DNA of 64,000 bases from an uncultured Ruminococcus sp. (lineage in GTDB: Bacteria > Bacillota > Clostridia > Oscillospirales > Ruminococcaceae). The stretch's first letter is position 1; every line of letters starts with the position of its first letter. The position numbers and the translations under genes were made by a program. The stretch covers positions 325,238-389,237 of the forward strand of contig CADALT010000001.1 in assembly GCA_902788785.1 (NCBI GenBank). The letters are read 5' to 3'. The notes below the pieces were generated by a model. That model was not told the origin of the DNA. It made no database searches and saw only the letters and a list, made by a program, of their open reading frames with translations. Of the stretch, positions 48,531 to 57,178 are shown in pieces.

Positions 48531-49622
48531 TCAGTCAGCAAGCGTTCTTTCATCACAATATTCACATTCCAGCATGGTGCTTTCACCTCTGAAATAGTGA
48601 GGCAGATAGGTCTCCTTATGTGTTATGCACAGAGGGTTAGAGCATTTCTGATGCTTATGCTCTTTACCTGTGATGAGGGGTATCTTCATATCCTTATTAT
48701 CCTCAAGCATTGTGAGTATCAGCGCCATTCTGATATACATACCGTACTTAGCCTGCTTGAAATACATAGCTCTCGGGTCATCATCGACCTCTATAGCTAT
48801 CTCATCCACCCTCGGCAGAGGATGAAGAACTATCATATCCTTTTTGGCGTTAGCCATTTTCTTCTTATCCAGTATATAGAAGCCTTTCTGCTTCTCATAT
48901 TCTTCCTTGCTGGCAAATCTCTCCTGCTGTATCCTGGTCATGTAGAGTACATCCAGCATACCCACAGCATCATCGAGGCTGGATACTTCTTTATAGGGAT
49001 GACCGCCTGCATTGAGAACTTCCTTGATATATGCGGGAAGTGCCAGCTCGGGCGTTGAGATAAGTACGAAGCTCGTACCCTTGAAGCAGGACATGGCTTT
49101 GATAAGAGAATGTACTGTTCTGCCGTTTTTCAGATCTCCGCAAAGACCGATGCACAGTCCTTCCAACGTACCCTTTTCTTCTTTGAGGGTGAGCAGGTCG
49201 GTAAGGGTCTGGGTGGGATGGAGGTGTCCGCCGTCGCCTGCATTTATAACAGGACAGTCAGCTGTAAGTGCAGCCGCCTTGACAGAACCTGCCACAGGAT
49301 GTCTCATGACCATTATATCCGCATAGCCCGAAACGATCTTAGTGGTATCCTTAATGTTTTCGCCCTTAGCCACAGAGGAAGTCGCAGGATTATCAAAACC
49401 GATGATGGTGCCGCCAAGTCTGAGCATAGCGGTCTGGAAAGACATCTGCGTCCTTGTGGACGGTTCGTAAAACAGTGTACCCATTATCTTGCCCTTGCAG
49501 CTTTCTGCATAAGCGGCAGGATCAGCCTTTATGTCATGGGCACGATCGAGCAGTTTTTCCCACCAGCTGACAGGAAAATCGTTAAGATCGATAAGATCGA
49601 GATTGTTATAGATATTTGCCAT
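48531..49622 (-). CDS. pyrB: Aspartate carbamoyltransferase catalytic chain with fused C-terminal PyrI-type zinc domain
   Basis: Catalytic motifs STRTQMSF, HPTQ, HPLPRV. The last ~45 aa, KCSNPLCITHKETYLPHYFRGESTMLECEYCDE, match the PyrI Zn domain pattern CxNxxCIxH...CxYC. The start is trimmed to ATG 49622. Confidence 0.85.
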   Translation of the reverse strand: MANIYNNLDLIDLNDFPVSWWEKLLDRAHDIKADPAAYAESCKGKIMGTLFYEPSTRTQMSFQTAMLRLGGTIIGFDNPATSSVAKGENIKDTTKIVSGYADIMVMRHPVAGSVKAAALTADCPVINAGDGGHLHPTQTLTDLLTLKEEKGTLEGLCIGLCGDLKNGRTVHSLIKAMSCFKGTSFVLISTPELALPAYIKEVLNAGGHPYKEVSSLDDAVGMLDVLYMTRIQQERFASKEEYEKQKGFYILDKKKMANAKKDMIVLHPLPRVDEIAIEVDDDPRAMYFKQAKYGMYIRMALILTMLEDNKDMKIPLITGKEHKHQKCSNPLCITHKETYLPHYFRGESTMLECEYCDERTLAD

Positions 49623-49736
49623 ATAAAACATCCTTTCAAAAAACCGTACTGTTTTATTATAGCATATTTTTCGACAAATGTAAAGACACGCATCAACAAA
49701 AGTAACGCATATTCCGTACAAAAAATGTGCATACGG

Positions 49737-50840
49737 TCATTTAAGGAAAGTAAGTGAATCCGAGGTCGAAAAGCTGTCTATATCGTACAGCACCAATATC
49801 CTGTCATACTCATCGGGATCGACAACTTCGGACAGATCCTTGCCCTCTGCTTTAAGACCGTCGGGATCCACCATAGTTATCTTGCGGTAATGGGCTGTAT
49901 AGTAAGGCACTATAGTATTTGCGAAGCTGCCCTTTATGATAAGCAGCGTCGGGCTGCCCGGAAGATCGTTATAGATATCGCATTTAGTATAGTGGTCGCC
50001 CATAAGGAAGATGTCGGTTTTTGAAGAGGTCTTCAGTGCTGATTTGAAGTAGACCGAATCCGCCTCCTTAACATCATTGCCTTTGGTGAGGACGACACTT
50101 TTCACGGGGCTGTGTACTTTTGAGCGGAATATATTTATCCTGTCGGGATCAAGTCCGCTGACCATTGCACGGCTGTACATATCGCCGTAAAAAGCAGTGA
50201 GAGCATATTCCTGATCGTAGTTTTCAAGGGTTTTGGGTGATTCGCCCAGGGTCTTGATGGATTCGCAGTAGGCATAATATGCACCGAAGCTGGTCCAGAG
50301 ATCCTCTGTGCGGTAGTAAACGTACTCATCCTTTGCGGAGTACAGCGGATAAAAAGCGTCTATGGAAGCTATCCTGCGGTCAAGCTGCATATAGGCATCG
50401 TTTATCATCTCACGCTGGCTTTTGCCCATAAGCGCCTCGGGGATATTATCGCCGTACACACCGGCTGCGGTGGGCACAAGCATCATATATATGGGGCTTT
50501 CGGTATTGGCTGCAAGCTCGTTGACATAGGCGATGTTCATTATCATCTTATCCTCGCTGACCGAGTTATCCACCCTGACCAGCCTGTCATCGGTAAGATA
50601 AATATCGCCGAACAGCCTTCTGCCCGTAAACAGCATAATGTCATCGTGCATGGAATGCCAGTTATTTTTAAGAGGAAAGCTGCGCTCGATCTGATGAGTC
50701 ACAGCAGAACGCATATCGGGTTCATCAGCTACTATCTGCTTGATAGATCCGTTATCACGGAAGAATATGACGCTGACTGCGAACATGGCAAGTATGGCAA
50801 AAAATGCAGCCACTGTTATGCCGTCCGAAAATCTTTTCAA
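49737..50840 (-). CDS. DHHW-family (AlgJ/AlgX-like SGNH) protein with degenerate DHHW motif
   Basis: 367 aa with an N-terminal TM anchor. YYRTEDLWTSFGAYYAY aligns to the family motif YYKTDHHWT..GAY.AY, so DHHW reads EDLW here (50295..50306). Confidence 0.65.
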   Translation of the reverse strand: MKRFSDGITVAAFFAILAMFAVSVIFFRDNGSIKQIVADEPDMRSAVTHQIERSFPLKNNWHSMHDDIMLFTGRRLFGDIYLTDDRLVRVDNSVSEDKMIMNIAYVNELAANTESPIYMMLVPTAAGVYGDNIPEALMGKSQREMINDAYMQLDRRIASIDAFYPLYSAKDEYVYYRTEDLWTSFGAYYAYCESIKTLGESPKTLENYDQEYALTAFYGDMYSRAMVSGLDPDRINIFRSKVHSPVKSVVLTKGNDVKEADSVYFKSALKTSSKTDIFLMGDHYTKCDIYNDLPGSPTLLIIKGSFANTIVPYYTAHYRKITMVDPDGLKAEGKDLSEVVDPDEYDRILVLYDIDSFSTSDSLTFLK

Positions 50841-50853
50841 TGCAACTCACCTC

Positions 50854-52239
50854 CTAGAACATATATGTGAACAGCCTTGTATCCCCTGCGACCAGAAATG
50901 CTGTACAGATCATCAGCAGGGCTATCACCCAGACAGGCTGGATTATCGTATGAAGATATTCGTTCATGAACACCTTTTTCCTAAAGAAATAACCGAAAAT
51001 TCCGCCCGAGATAAAAATACACACCACAAAGAACAAAAGATATGTGCCCAGCAGATATTCCGATACATTATCCACCGCTATCATGCTCGAACCAAACATT
51101 GCCATAAGATACGAGAACGCATCGTTGATGTTAGTAAAGGCCATAAACGGCAGTATCATCATAAGCACAGCCACGAATATAAGTGTCCTTGCAAGCTTAG
51201 GCAGCTTTCTCAGCGGCTTTGACAGCAGCATCTCAAGGCTCATCATAAATATCAGCATCGCCGCAAATACCAGTGAGCGCATTGATGTACCGTACCAGAA
51301 AGTTCCTGCTGATACAGCCAGCACAAATGCAAAGAAACGTCCCATGATGCCGCTTGTATGCGATCTTACAGAGCGATAGATATAGCTGTGGCACCAGCGG
51401 TAAAGGGAACGGTTGAACCTTCTTAGGAAATCCATGAAGCTTACAGAACGATAGGGCTCATGGAAGTTTTTAGGCAGTACGATGCCCAGCATCTGCGCCA
51501 GACCTCTTGCCATATCCGAAAAGCCTCTGACTTCGAAATACATGAAAAAGCCGAATGCCATTATACCTATCCAGCCTGTAAGTGCAGGCAGAGACTCTAT
51601 GGGTATATCACGGACGTGTTCCCAGAGTTCATACATGGTATTGGCTATTACCAGTTTGCTGAACATACCCAGCATCAGAAGCCGTATGCCTGCCGCACAG
51701 TTCGAAAAGCTTAAATCGTGCTTTTCAAGCCCTTTGCTCACTTCACCGTAGCCTATCAGCGGTCCTGCAAAAAATATGGGAAAAAACAAAAGATACTCCG
51801 CCAGCATCATGAACCTGTGCTCACATTTGTACTTTTTTCTGTACACGTCAACACAGTAGGATATGGCATTCATAGGTATCACCGCCATACCGACGAATGT
51901 GGCTTTTTTCAAAAATGATGCTGCACCGAACAATGTCAATATATCAGACCTGTCATAGACAGTTCTGTGGAACAGCAGAAATGCCGCAGCATTTATTATT
52001 ACAGATGCCGCCAGCACCGCCTTTGCGGACGGTCTGCCGCTGAGATTATTTATAAATATGCCGCCCAGATAGGCTGTGATAACACACACTGCCACAGGTA
52101 TCAGGGCAACGGGTTCTATCCACGCTATGATGCCTGCACCTGTCAGTGCGACAAATTTCCCCCTTAAAGCCCCGGGCAGTACGGCATATGCCGCCATGAA
52201 CAGGGGCAGGAAAAAATACAGGAATGCCAGACTTATCAT
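50854..52239 (-). CDS. MBOAT-family membrane O-acyltransferase homologue (AlgI/DltB-like) lacking signature histidines
   Basis: 461 aa, polytopic. ISYCVDVYRKKY...FFPIFFAGPL and YFEVRGFSDMARGLAQMLGIVLPKNFHEPY match the AlgI pattern. The expected FWRRWHISL reads FLRRFNRSL, and GGLWHGA reads GTFWYGT. Confidence 0.75.
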   Translation of the reverse strand: MISLAFLYFFLPLFMAAYAVLPGALRGKFVALTGAGIIAWIEPVALIPVAVCVITAYLGGIFINNLSGRPSAKAVLAASVIINAAAFLLFHRTVYDRSDILTLFGAASFLKKATFVGMAVIPMNAISYCVDVYRKKYKCEHRFMMLAEYLLFFPIFFAGPLIGYGEVSKGLEKHDLSFSNCAAGIRLLMLGMFSKLVIANTMYELWEHVRDIPIESLPALTGWIGIMAFGFFMYFEVRGFSDMARGLAQMLGIVLPKNFHEPYRSVSFMDFLRRFNRSLYRWCHSYIYRSVRSHTSGIMGRFFAFVLAVSAGTFWYGTSMRSLVFAAMLIFMMSLEMLLSKPLRKLPKLARTLIFVAVLMMILPFMAFTNINDAFSYLMAMFGSSMIAVDNVSEYLLGTYLLFFVVCIFISGGIFGYFFRKKVFMNEYLHTIIQPVWVIALLMICTAFLVAGDTRLFTYMF

Positions 52240-52838
52240 TTATCCTCCCCCTCAATGAGTTCTGTGATATAGTTTATGAAGGCTTCTCTGCCCATGAGGG
52301 TGCTTACAGCGTCCCTGAGTGCGTTAGATGACATTTTCGCAGGCAGCCCCAGTGACTGCGCAACTTTCTCACGCAGCTGCGAACTGTTGGCTGAACCATT
52401 GAGTCCCAAAGCTATCATATCCTGCTTTGTGACCTTTTCTCTCACGGGTACTTCTTCCCCCACAAGACCTGCTTTCTCGAAGGCTTCACGGAGCACCTGC
52501 GCACTCATGCCCTCGACCCCAAGCTTGCCTTCCTTTGAAGCCTTGACTTTACGCTTTTCCTTACCGAATATGACGGGGCAATATACATTTATTATCTCGC
52601 CATCGCCAACTATGCTTTTTATCTTCCCTCTTATCTGCTGACCTGCTGTATCCGAGTCCGTCAGGATAACTATACCCACAGACTGTGCATACATACGTAT
52701 CAGCTTGACGGTCTCCTCATTGGAATATATCCCGAAACCGTCCGTCTTGATTATAACAGCGTCTATCACTTCCGACAGCGCTATCTTATCGTACTTTCCT
52801 TCCACAACAACTGCCTGACGCAGTCTTATCTTCTCCAT
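52236..52838 (-). CDS. Toprim-domain protein (RNase M5/YusF-like, DUF4093)
   Basis: 200 aa with VVVEGKYDKIAL and ILTDSDTAGQQIR Toprim motifs. The stop overlaps the MBOAT start (ATGA). Confidence 0.7.
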   Translation of the reverse strand: MEKIRLRQAVVVEGKYDKIALSEVIDAVIIKTDGFGIYSNEETVKLIRMYAQSVGIVILTDSDTAGQQIRGKIKSIVGDGEIINVYCPVIFGKEKRKVKASKEGKLGVEGMSAQVLREAFEKAGLVGEEVPVREKVTKQDMIALGLNGSANSSQLREKVAQSLGLPAKMSSNALRDAVSTLMGREAFINYITELIEGEDK

Positions 52839-52841
52839 ATA

Positions 52842-53909
52842 CTAACCTCTGCCGTTTCCTGACATAAAGCATTCAGCCACACGCTGTTCAAGCACGAGCA
52901 TGGCTGCCTTTTTATCAAGTGATGTGGTCTTCATGGTAAGGTCGGTCTTAGCCATTATACCGAGGACTGCCTTTATCTTTGGGAGAGGGATGCTTCCGCA
53001 GATCTGATAGGCTTTCTTTATGGCAAATTCACGGTTTCTCGGATAGCCGAAATCCTCCGCTGCGTCCTTATAGCTAAGCCCCGAAGAACGAGCGAGCTTC
53101 GCACGGTAGATATCGGTCAATGAGAAACCGATGATGCTTACTATCTCATAAGCATCATAGTCCTGCTTTGCCAGTTCGGTAAGGCGGTTATAGACATATT
53201 TCGCATTATTGTTCAGTATATTCACTGCAAGTTCGTATCCATCGGATTCGATGTGCTTTATGCACAGTACGTCGATGTCCTCACGGGTTATCTGCCTGCC
53301 CATGGCGTAGGAGGTAAGCTTGCCCAGCTCCTGCTTGATGTATGCCGAGTCACAGCCGCAGACCTCTGCCAGATATTCAGCGGTACGCTTATCTATGCCG
53401 CAGCCGCTTTTCTGCACCGATGCAGCGATAGATCTTCCCAGTTCGGATATCGTCTTATAGGCAAAATCGCAGACCTCGCCGTATTTTGCACAATGGTCGC
53501 AGAAGCGCTTATTCTTATCCGTAAGACTGCGCTTGTTCTTATAAAGATCAACGCCTGTGGCATAGATGATGACCGTGGTCGTCTCCGAAAGCCCGGAGAG
53601 GATCTTTCTCAGGTCAGTGGCGTCCTCTTTGCCAAGATCTTCCATACGCAGATCATTGATGGTGACGACCACTCTTTCCGCAAACATGGGCAAGGCTTCG
53701 CAGGCATCGAGAAGTGCTGCGATATCAAGGCTTTTGCCCTCAAATTTATGCAGGTTCATGAACTGCGCATCCTTCGGACAAAGCTTAGCCACCATCCAGT
53801 TTACAAAACTTTCTATAGCAGCCACATCATGCCCGTAGAAATAGTACAGGCTTGCAGGCGTATTTTCTTTAATGGCTTTAGTCATTGCCGTCGTATTAGT
53901 TTCGGGCAT
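52842..53909 (-). CDS. holA: DNA polymerase III subunit delta
   Basis: 355 aa. Its position immediately downstream of comEC and the N-terminal LYYFYGHD...pattern are typical of HolA. Confidence 0.8.
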   Translation of the reverse strand: MPETNTTAMTKAIKENTPASLYYFYGHDVAAIESFVNWMVAKLCPKDAQFMNLHKFEGKSLDIAALLDACEALPMFAERVVVTINDLRMEDLGKEDATDLRKILSGLSETTTVIIYATGVDLYKNKRSLTDKNKRFCDHCAKYGEVCDFAYKTISELGRSIAASVQKSGCGIDKRTAEYLAEVCGCDSAYIKQELGKLTSYAMGRQITREDIDVLCIKHIESDGYELAVNILNNNAKYVYNRLTELAKQDYDAYEIVSIIGFSLTDIYRAKLARSSGLSYKDAAEDFGYPRNREFAIKKAYQICGSIPLPKIKAVLGIMAKTDLTMKTTSLDKKAAMLVLEQRVAECFMSGNGRG

Positions 53910-53910
53910 T

Positions 53911-55911
53911 CTACAGCCTCCTTAATTCACCTTTATTATATTCGAGCACATTTTTCTCGTGGGAGATATCAATGGTCTCGCCGTTTATGGCAAGCTTTTT
54001 CTTGCCAAGCACCAGTGTCACATCACCGTCGTCAAGTTCATAGCCTTTATCCGTCAGTGTAAATACCATACCGTCCAGTTCTACAGAACTGCCCTCATCG
54101 AGCGTATAGAGCTTTTTTAAAAGCGTGTCGGTGAGTTCGGTATGTATATCGTCCTCTATGAAGATAAGCTGCGGCTGCAAGAACAGTTCATACCTGAATG
54201 AAGCTGCGCTGCCCACCCCGTTTTCCGAGATGAAAGCACCGCTGAGTTCTCTTGCGCCAAGCTTATCCAGCCTGTGCTGCAAAGCACTGTTCATTCGGCC
54301 TCTGCACCCTGCATCAATAAGTATAGCACTGTCACCTTTTGTCAGTATATAAACTGTACCTCTGTAATTCGGCAGCACGGTGATATGCAGAGTATCATCG
54401 GAAAGATAGGCTATCCCTGCGGCGGAATACCAGCAAAGCACCGCTGTTATCACCGATACGAGCAGCTTTTTCACGTCCTTTATATACAGACATGATGCAA
54501 GCATACCAAGTGAGGTCAGTATCACTATTATCCTGACAGCATTATTCACTGTAAAAATATAGCCGAAACTCAGCTGCGAGATATGGTCTGATGCCCACAG
54601 CACTGCCCTTACAGGCAAGGCTGCAAGCTTGACGATGAGAGCCGCCGCTGTATAGGAACCTCCCGTGAAAAGCACGAGGAAGCAAAGCTGAAGCGACAAG
54701 GCACAAAATGGCACCAGCAGGATATTCGTGACCACCGACATAACTGAAACTCCGCCGAAAAATATTGCTGATGCAGGGGCAGTACCAAACATTACCGCTG
54801 ACGACAGCCTGAATGACATCTGTGCTTTATCATCCCCATTATCACGCTGTCTGAGACTTACCAGTTCAAGCACAGCCACCGCAGTGAATGACAGCACAAA
54901 GCTTGGAGATATGGCGGTATAGGGCTTATCAAGATTTAACAGTATTGCACTTATGCCCAGAGAATTCAGCCCATCGCTCTTTCTGCCGAAGAGAAAACCG
55001 CTGCGTGTGAGGGTGAGCATTATCGCTGCCCTGACCACACTGACCGACATTCCCGAGAACAGTGCAAAGCCCCATATCTCCGCCATGGTCAGTGCAAATA
55101 CGGCTTTCTTTGAGGGAACGAGCTTTTGAATAATGAACGAGAATATTATCACCGCATACATCAGGTGCATACCCGATACTGCGAAGATATGTCCCATGCC
55201 GCTGCGGTAAAGCTCGCTTTTCATGGCAGGGCTCATCTCGCTCTTATCACCGCATAGCATTGCGCCCAAAAACGCACCCGTCCTGTCGGGACAGACCTGC
55301 GTTATCACCGTATACATGGTATCACGGTATTTTCTTATCTCACGCAGCAGCAGATGTGCCGAGCCGCCTGTCAGCCTGACACTGCCCTTGCCGTAGCTGC
55401 CCTGCATGAACACGCTGTGAGAATAATTGTAGCTGCCGCTCTCAAACTTCACACCGTCGCTGATAAGACTTATCTCATCGGTGATGCTGATATTATCGTA
55501 ATATGTATGATATTCCGCAGGGATAACATAGCTTATCTGCGCAGGCAGCCTGCCTATCCTGCCCACCACCGTTACCCTGTCATAATCGTCATCGACGATG
55601 GAAATATCGCTGATATAGCCCTCTATAGTGACTGTTTCGCCGTCAAGGGCAGTGAGCTTATCATAGACAAGATGGGTGTACAGCGTATTATGCATTATGC
55701 CCGCCGTGAAGAACAATAGGCAAACCGCCGTATGCACACGGAACTTTTTAAAGGCAGAAAAGGCTATTACCGCCAGCCCGAAAGCAGCTGCCAGCAACAC
55801 ACTGTTCAGTTCGCTCCTGAAAGCGGCAGACAACATCAGTGCAGCCCAGAAGGATATACCTGCCCATGCACATTTTCTAGTCATAATATCACCACCGTAA
55901 ACAGCGGTCAT
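53911..55911 (-). CDS. comEC: ComEC/Rec2 family competence channel protein
   Basis: 666 aa. Polytopic competence domain (GMGHIFAVSGMHL...). The C-terminal beta-lactamase-like region lacks an obvious HxHxDH motif. Confidence 0.8.
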   Translation of the reverse strand: MTAVYGGDIMTRKCAWAGISFWAALMLSAAFRSELNSVLLAAAFGLAVIAFSAFKKFRVHTAVCLLFFTAGIMHNTLYTHLVYDKLTALDGETVTIEGYISDISIVDDDYDRVTVVGRIGRLPAQISYVIPAEYHTYYDNISITDEISLISDGVKFESGSYNYSHSVFMQGSYGKGSVRLTGGSAHLLLREIRKYRDTMYTVITQVCPDRTGAFLGAMLCGDKSEMSPAMKSELYRSGMGHIFAVSGMHLMYAVIIFSFIIQKLVPSKKAVFALTMAEIWGFALFSGMSVSVVRAAIMLTLTRSGFLFGRKSDGLNSLGISAILLNLDKPYTAISPSFVLSFTAVAVLELVSLRQRDNGDDKAQMSFRLSSAVMFGTAPASAIFFGGVSVMSVVTNILLVPFCALSLQLCFLVLFTGGSYTAAALIVKLAALPVRAVLWASDHISQLSFGYIFTVNNAVRIIVILTSLGMLASCLYIKDVKKLLVSVITAVLCWYSAAGIAYLSDDTLHITVLPNYRGTVYILTKGDSAILIDAGCRGRMNSALQHRLDKLGARELSGAFISENGVGSAASFRYELFLQPQLIFIEDDIHTELTDTLLKKLYTLDEGSSVELDGMVFTLTDKGYELDDGDVTLVLGKKKLAINGETIDISHEKNVLEYNKGELRRL

Positions 55912-55921
55912 CGAACGGTCG

Positions 55922-56707
55922 TTATTTCTTTTTGAGTTCCGCTATCGCTCCGTAATGCAGTATCTCGAATTTTTCGGGAGCAATATCCGAAAGCATTTTC
56001 ATATGCTCTTTTTCAAACAAATAAACTTCTTCTGCCGAAAGTGATGCACCGACACCACGGCACGCTTTCATTCTGCCGTTCCAGCTTTCCCGTGTAAAGG
56101 GCACTTTAAGTTTGTACTCATCATGATAAACAAGCTCAAACTTATCATTATAACATTCGGGTATGTTTATAGGGTGCATAGTCTCCCCTGCGCCGCTCCA
56201 TTTCGGGCTGAATTTAAGCACAAGCTCCTCACTTGCACCTGCTATCTTATCCTCATAAGGCAGCCACGCCATGTACAGCACCAATATCCTGCCATCGGGT
56301 TTGAGCATACGGTAAAGGTTCGGCATGATAATCTCATGGTCAAAGTACCAGAAGCACTGGCAGGCTGTTATCACATCGAAGCTTTCATCGGGAAAGTCGA
56401 TGTTCTCAGCGGAGAGTGCATAATACTCTATATCCATGCCTTCGGAGAGCAGTTTTGCCTGTTCTGTCTGTTCAGAGGATATATCAGTGCCTATCCATTT
56501 TGCACCATAGGGGTACATATTCCTTGGCAGCACACCTGTACCCGTACCCATATCGAGCACGGTCTGACCTGCTTTGCACAGACCTCTTTGCAGTATCTTG
56601 TCATAAAACTCTTTGGGATAAATGTCTCTGTATTTTGCATAATCCTGCGAAGTCCTGCCCCAGTCAAAGGCTTTTCCGCCGTCAAGCTTTTTATCTGTGA
56701 TATCCAT
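55922..56707 (-). CDS. Class I SAM-dependent methyltransferase
   Basis: VLDMGTGTGVL motif I. The start is trimmed to ATG 56707 (ggtgaggaggcggcgcATG). Confidence 0.8.
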   Translation of the reverse strand: MDITDKKLDGGKAFDWGRTSQDYAKYRDIYPKEFYDKILQRGLCKAGQTVLDMGTGTGVLPRNMYPYGAKWIGTDISSEQTEQAKLLSEGMDIEYYALSAENIDFPDESFDVITACQCFWYFDHEIIMPNLYRMLKPDGRILVLYMAWLPYEDKIAGASEELVLKFSPKWSGAGETMHPINIPECYNDKFELVYHDEYKLKVPFTRESWNGRMKACRGVGASLSAEEVYLFEKEHMKMLSDIAPEKFEILHYGAIAELKKK

Positions 56708-56775
56708 GCGCCGCCTCCTCACCTTAAACATCGGGCTGCCGCAAACCCAGTTACGGCAGCCTTATTATTCTTATA

Positions 56776-57120
56776 TCAGCCTGCGGGCCAGGTCAGGGGT
56801 CTGCCTGCCAGCAGATGGAAATGAATGTGGAACACGCTCTGTCCTGCGCTTTCGCCGCAGTTGGAAACCACTCTGAAACCGTCCTTCATCGCATCTACTT
56901 CCTTGGAAAGCTTAGCGATGACTTCATATATATGAGCGATAACAGCGCTGTTATCTGCATTCACCTCATCCAGTCTTGAGATATGGGTCTTAGGTATCAG
57001 AAGATAATGTACAGGTGCAGTCGGGTTTATATCCTCGAAAACATACACCAGATCATCCTCATAGATCTTCTTTGAGGGTATCTCTCCTGCTACGATCTTA
57101 CAAAACAAACAATCAGCCAT
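56776..57120 (-). CDS. HIT family (histidine triad) protein
   Basis: 114 aa, CLFCKI...HIHFHLL. Confidence 0.9.
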   Translation of the reverse strand: MADCLFCKIVAGEIPSKKIYEDDLVYVFEDINPTAPVHYLLIPKTHISRLDEVNADNSAVIAHIYEVIAKLSKEVDAMKDGFRVVSNCGESAGQSVFHIHFHLLAGRPLTWPAG

Positions 57121-57178
57121 GATTATCCTCCTTTTATTTCTTTTTTATGATATGCAAGTCACGTATCGACCGCACAAA

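Noticed and set aside
49623-49736. A PyrR-binding attenuator upstream of pyrB
   Set aside because: A promoter-like TTTACA-17-TATAAT is present. There is no ARUCCAGAGAGGYU-type PyrR loop or terminator/antiterminator pair in the short leader.
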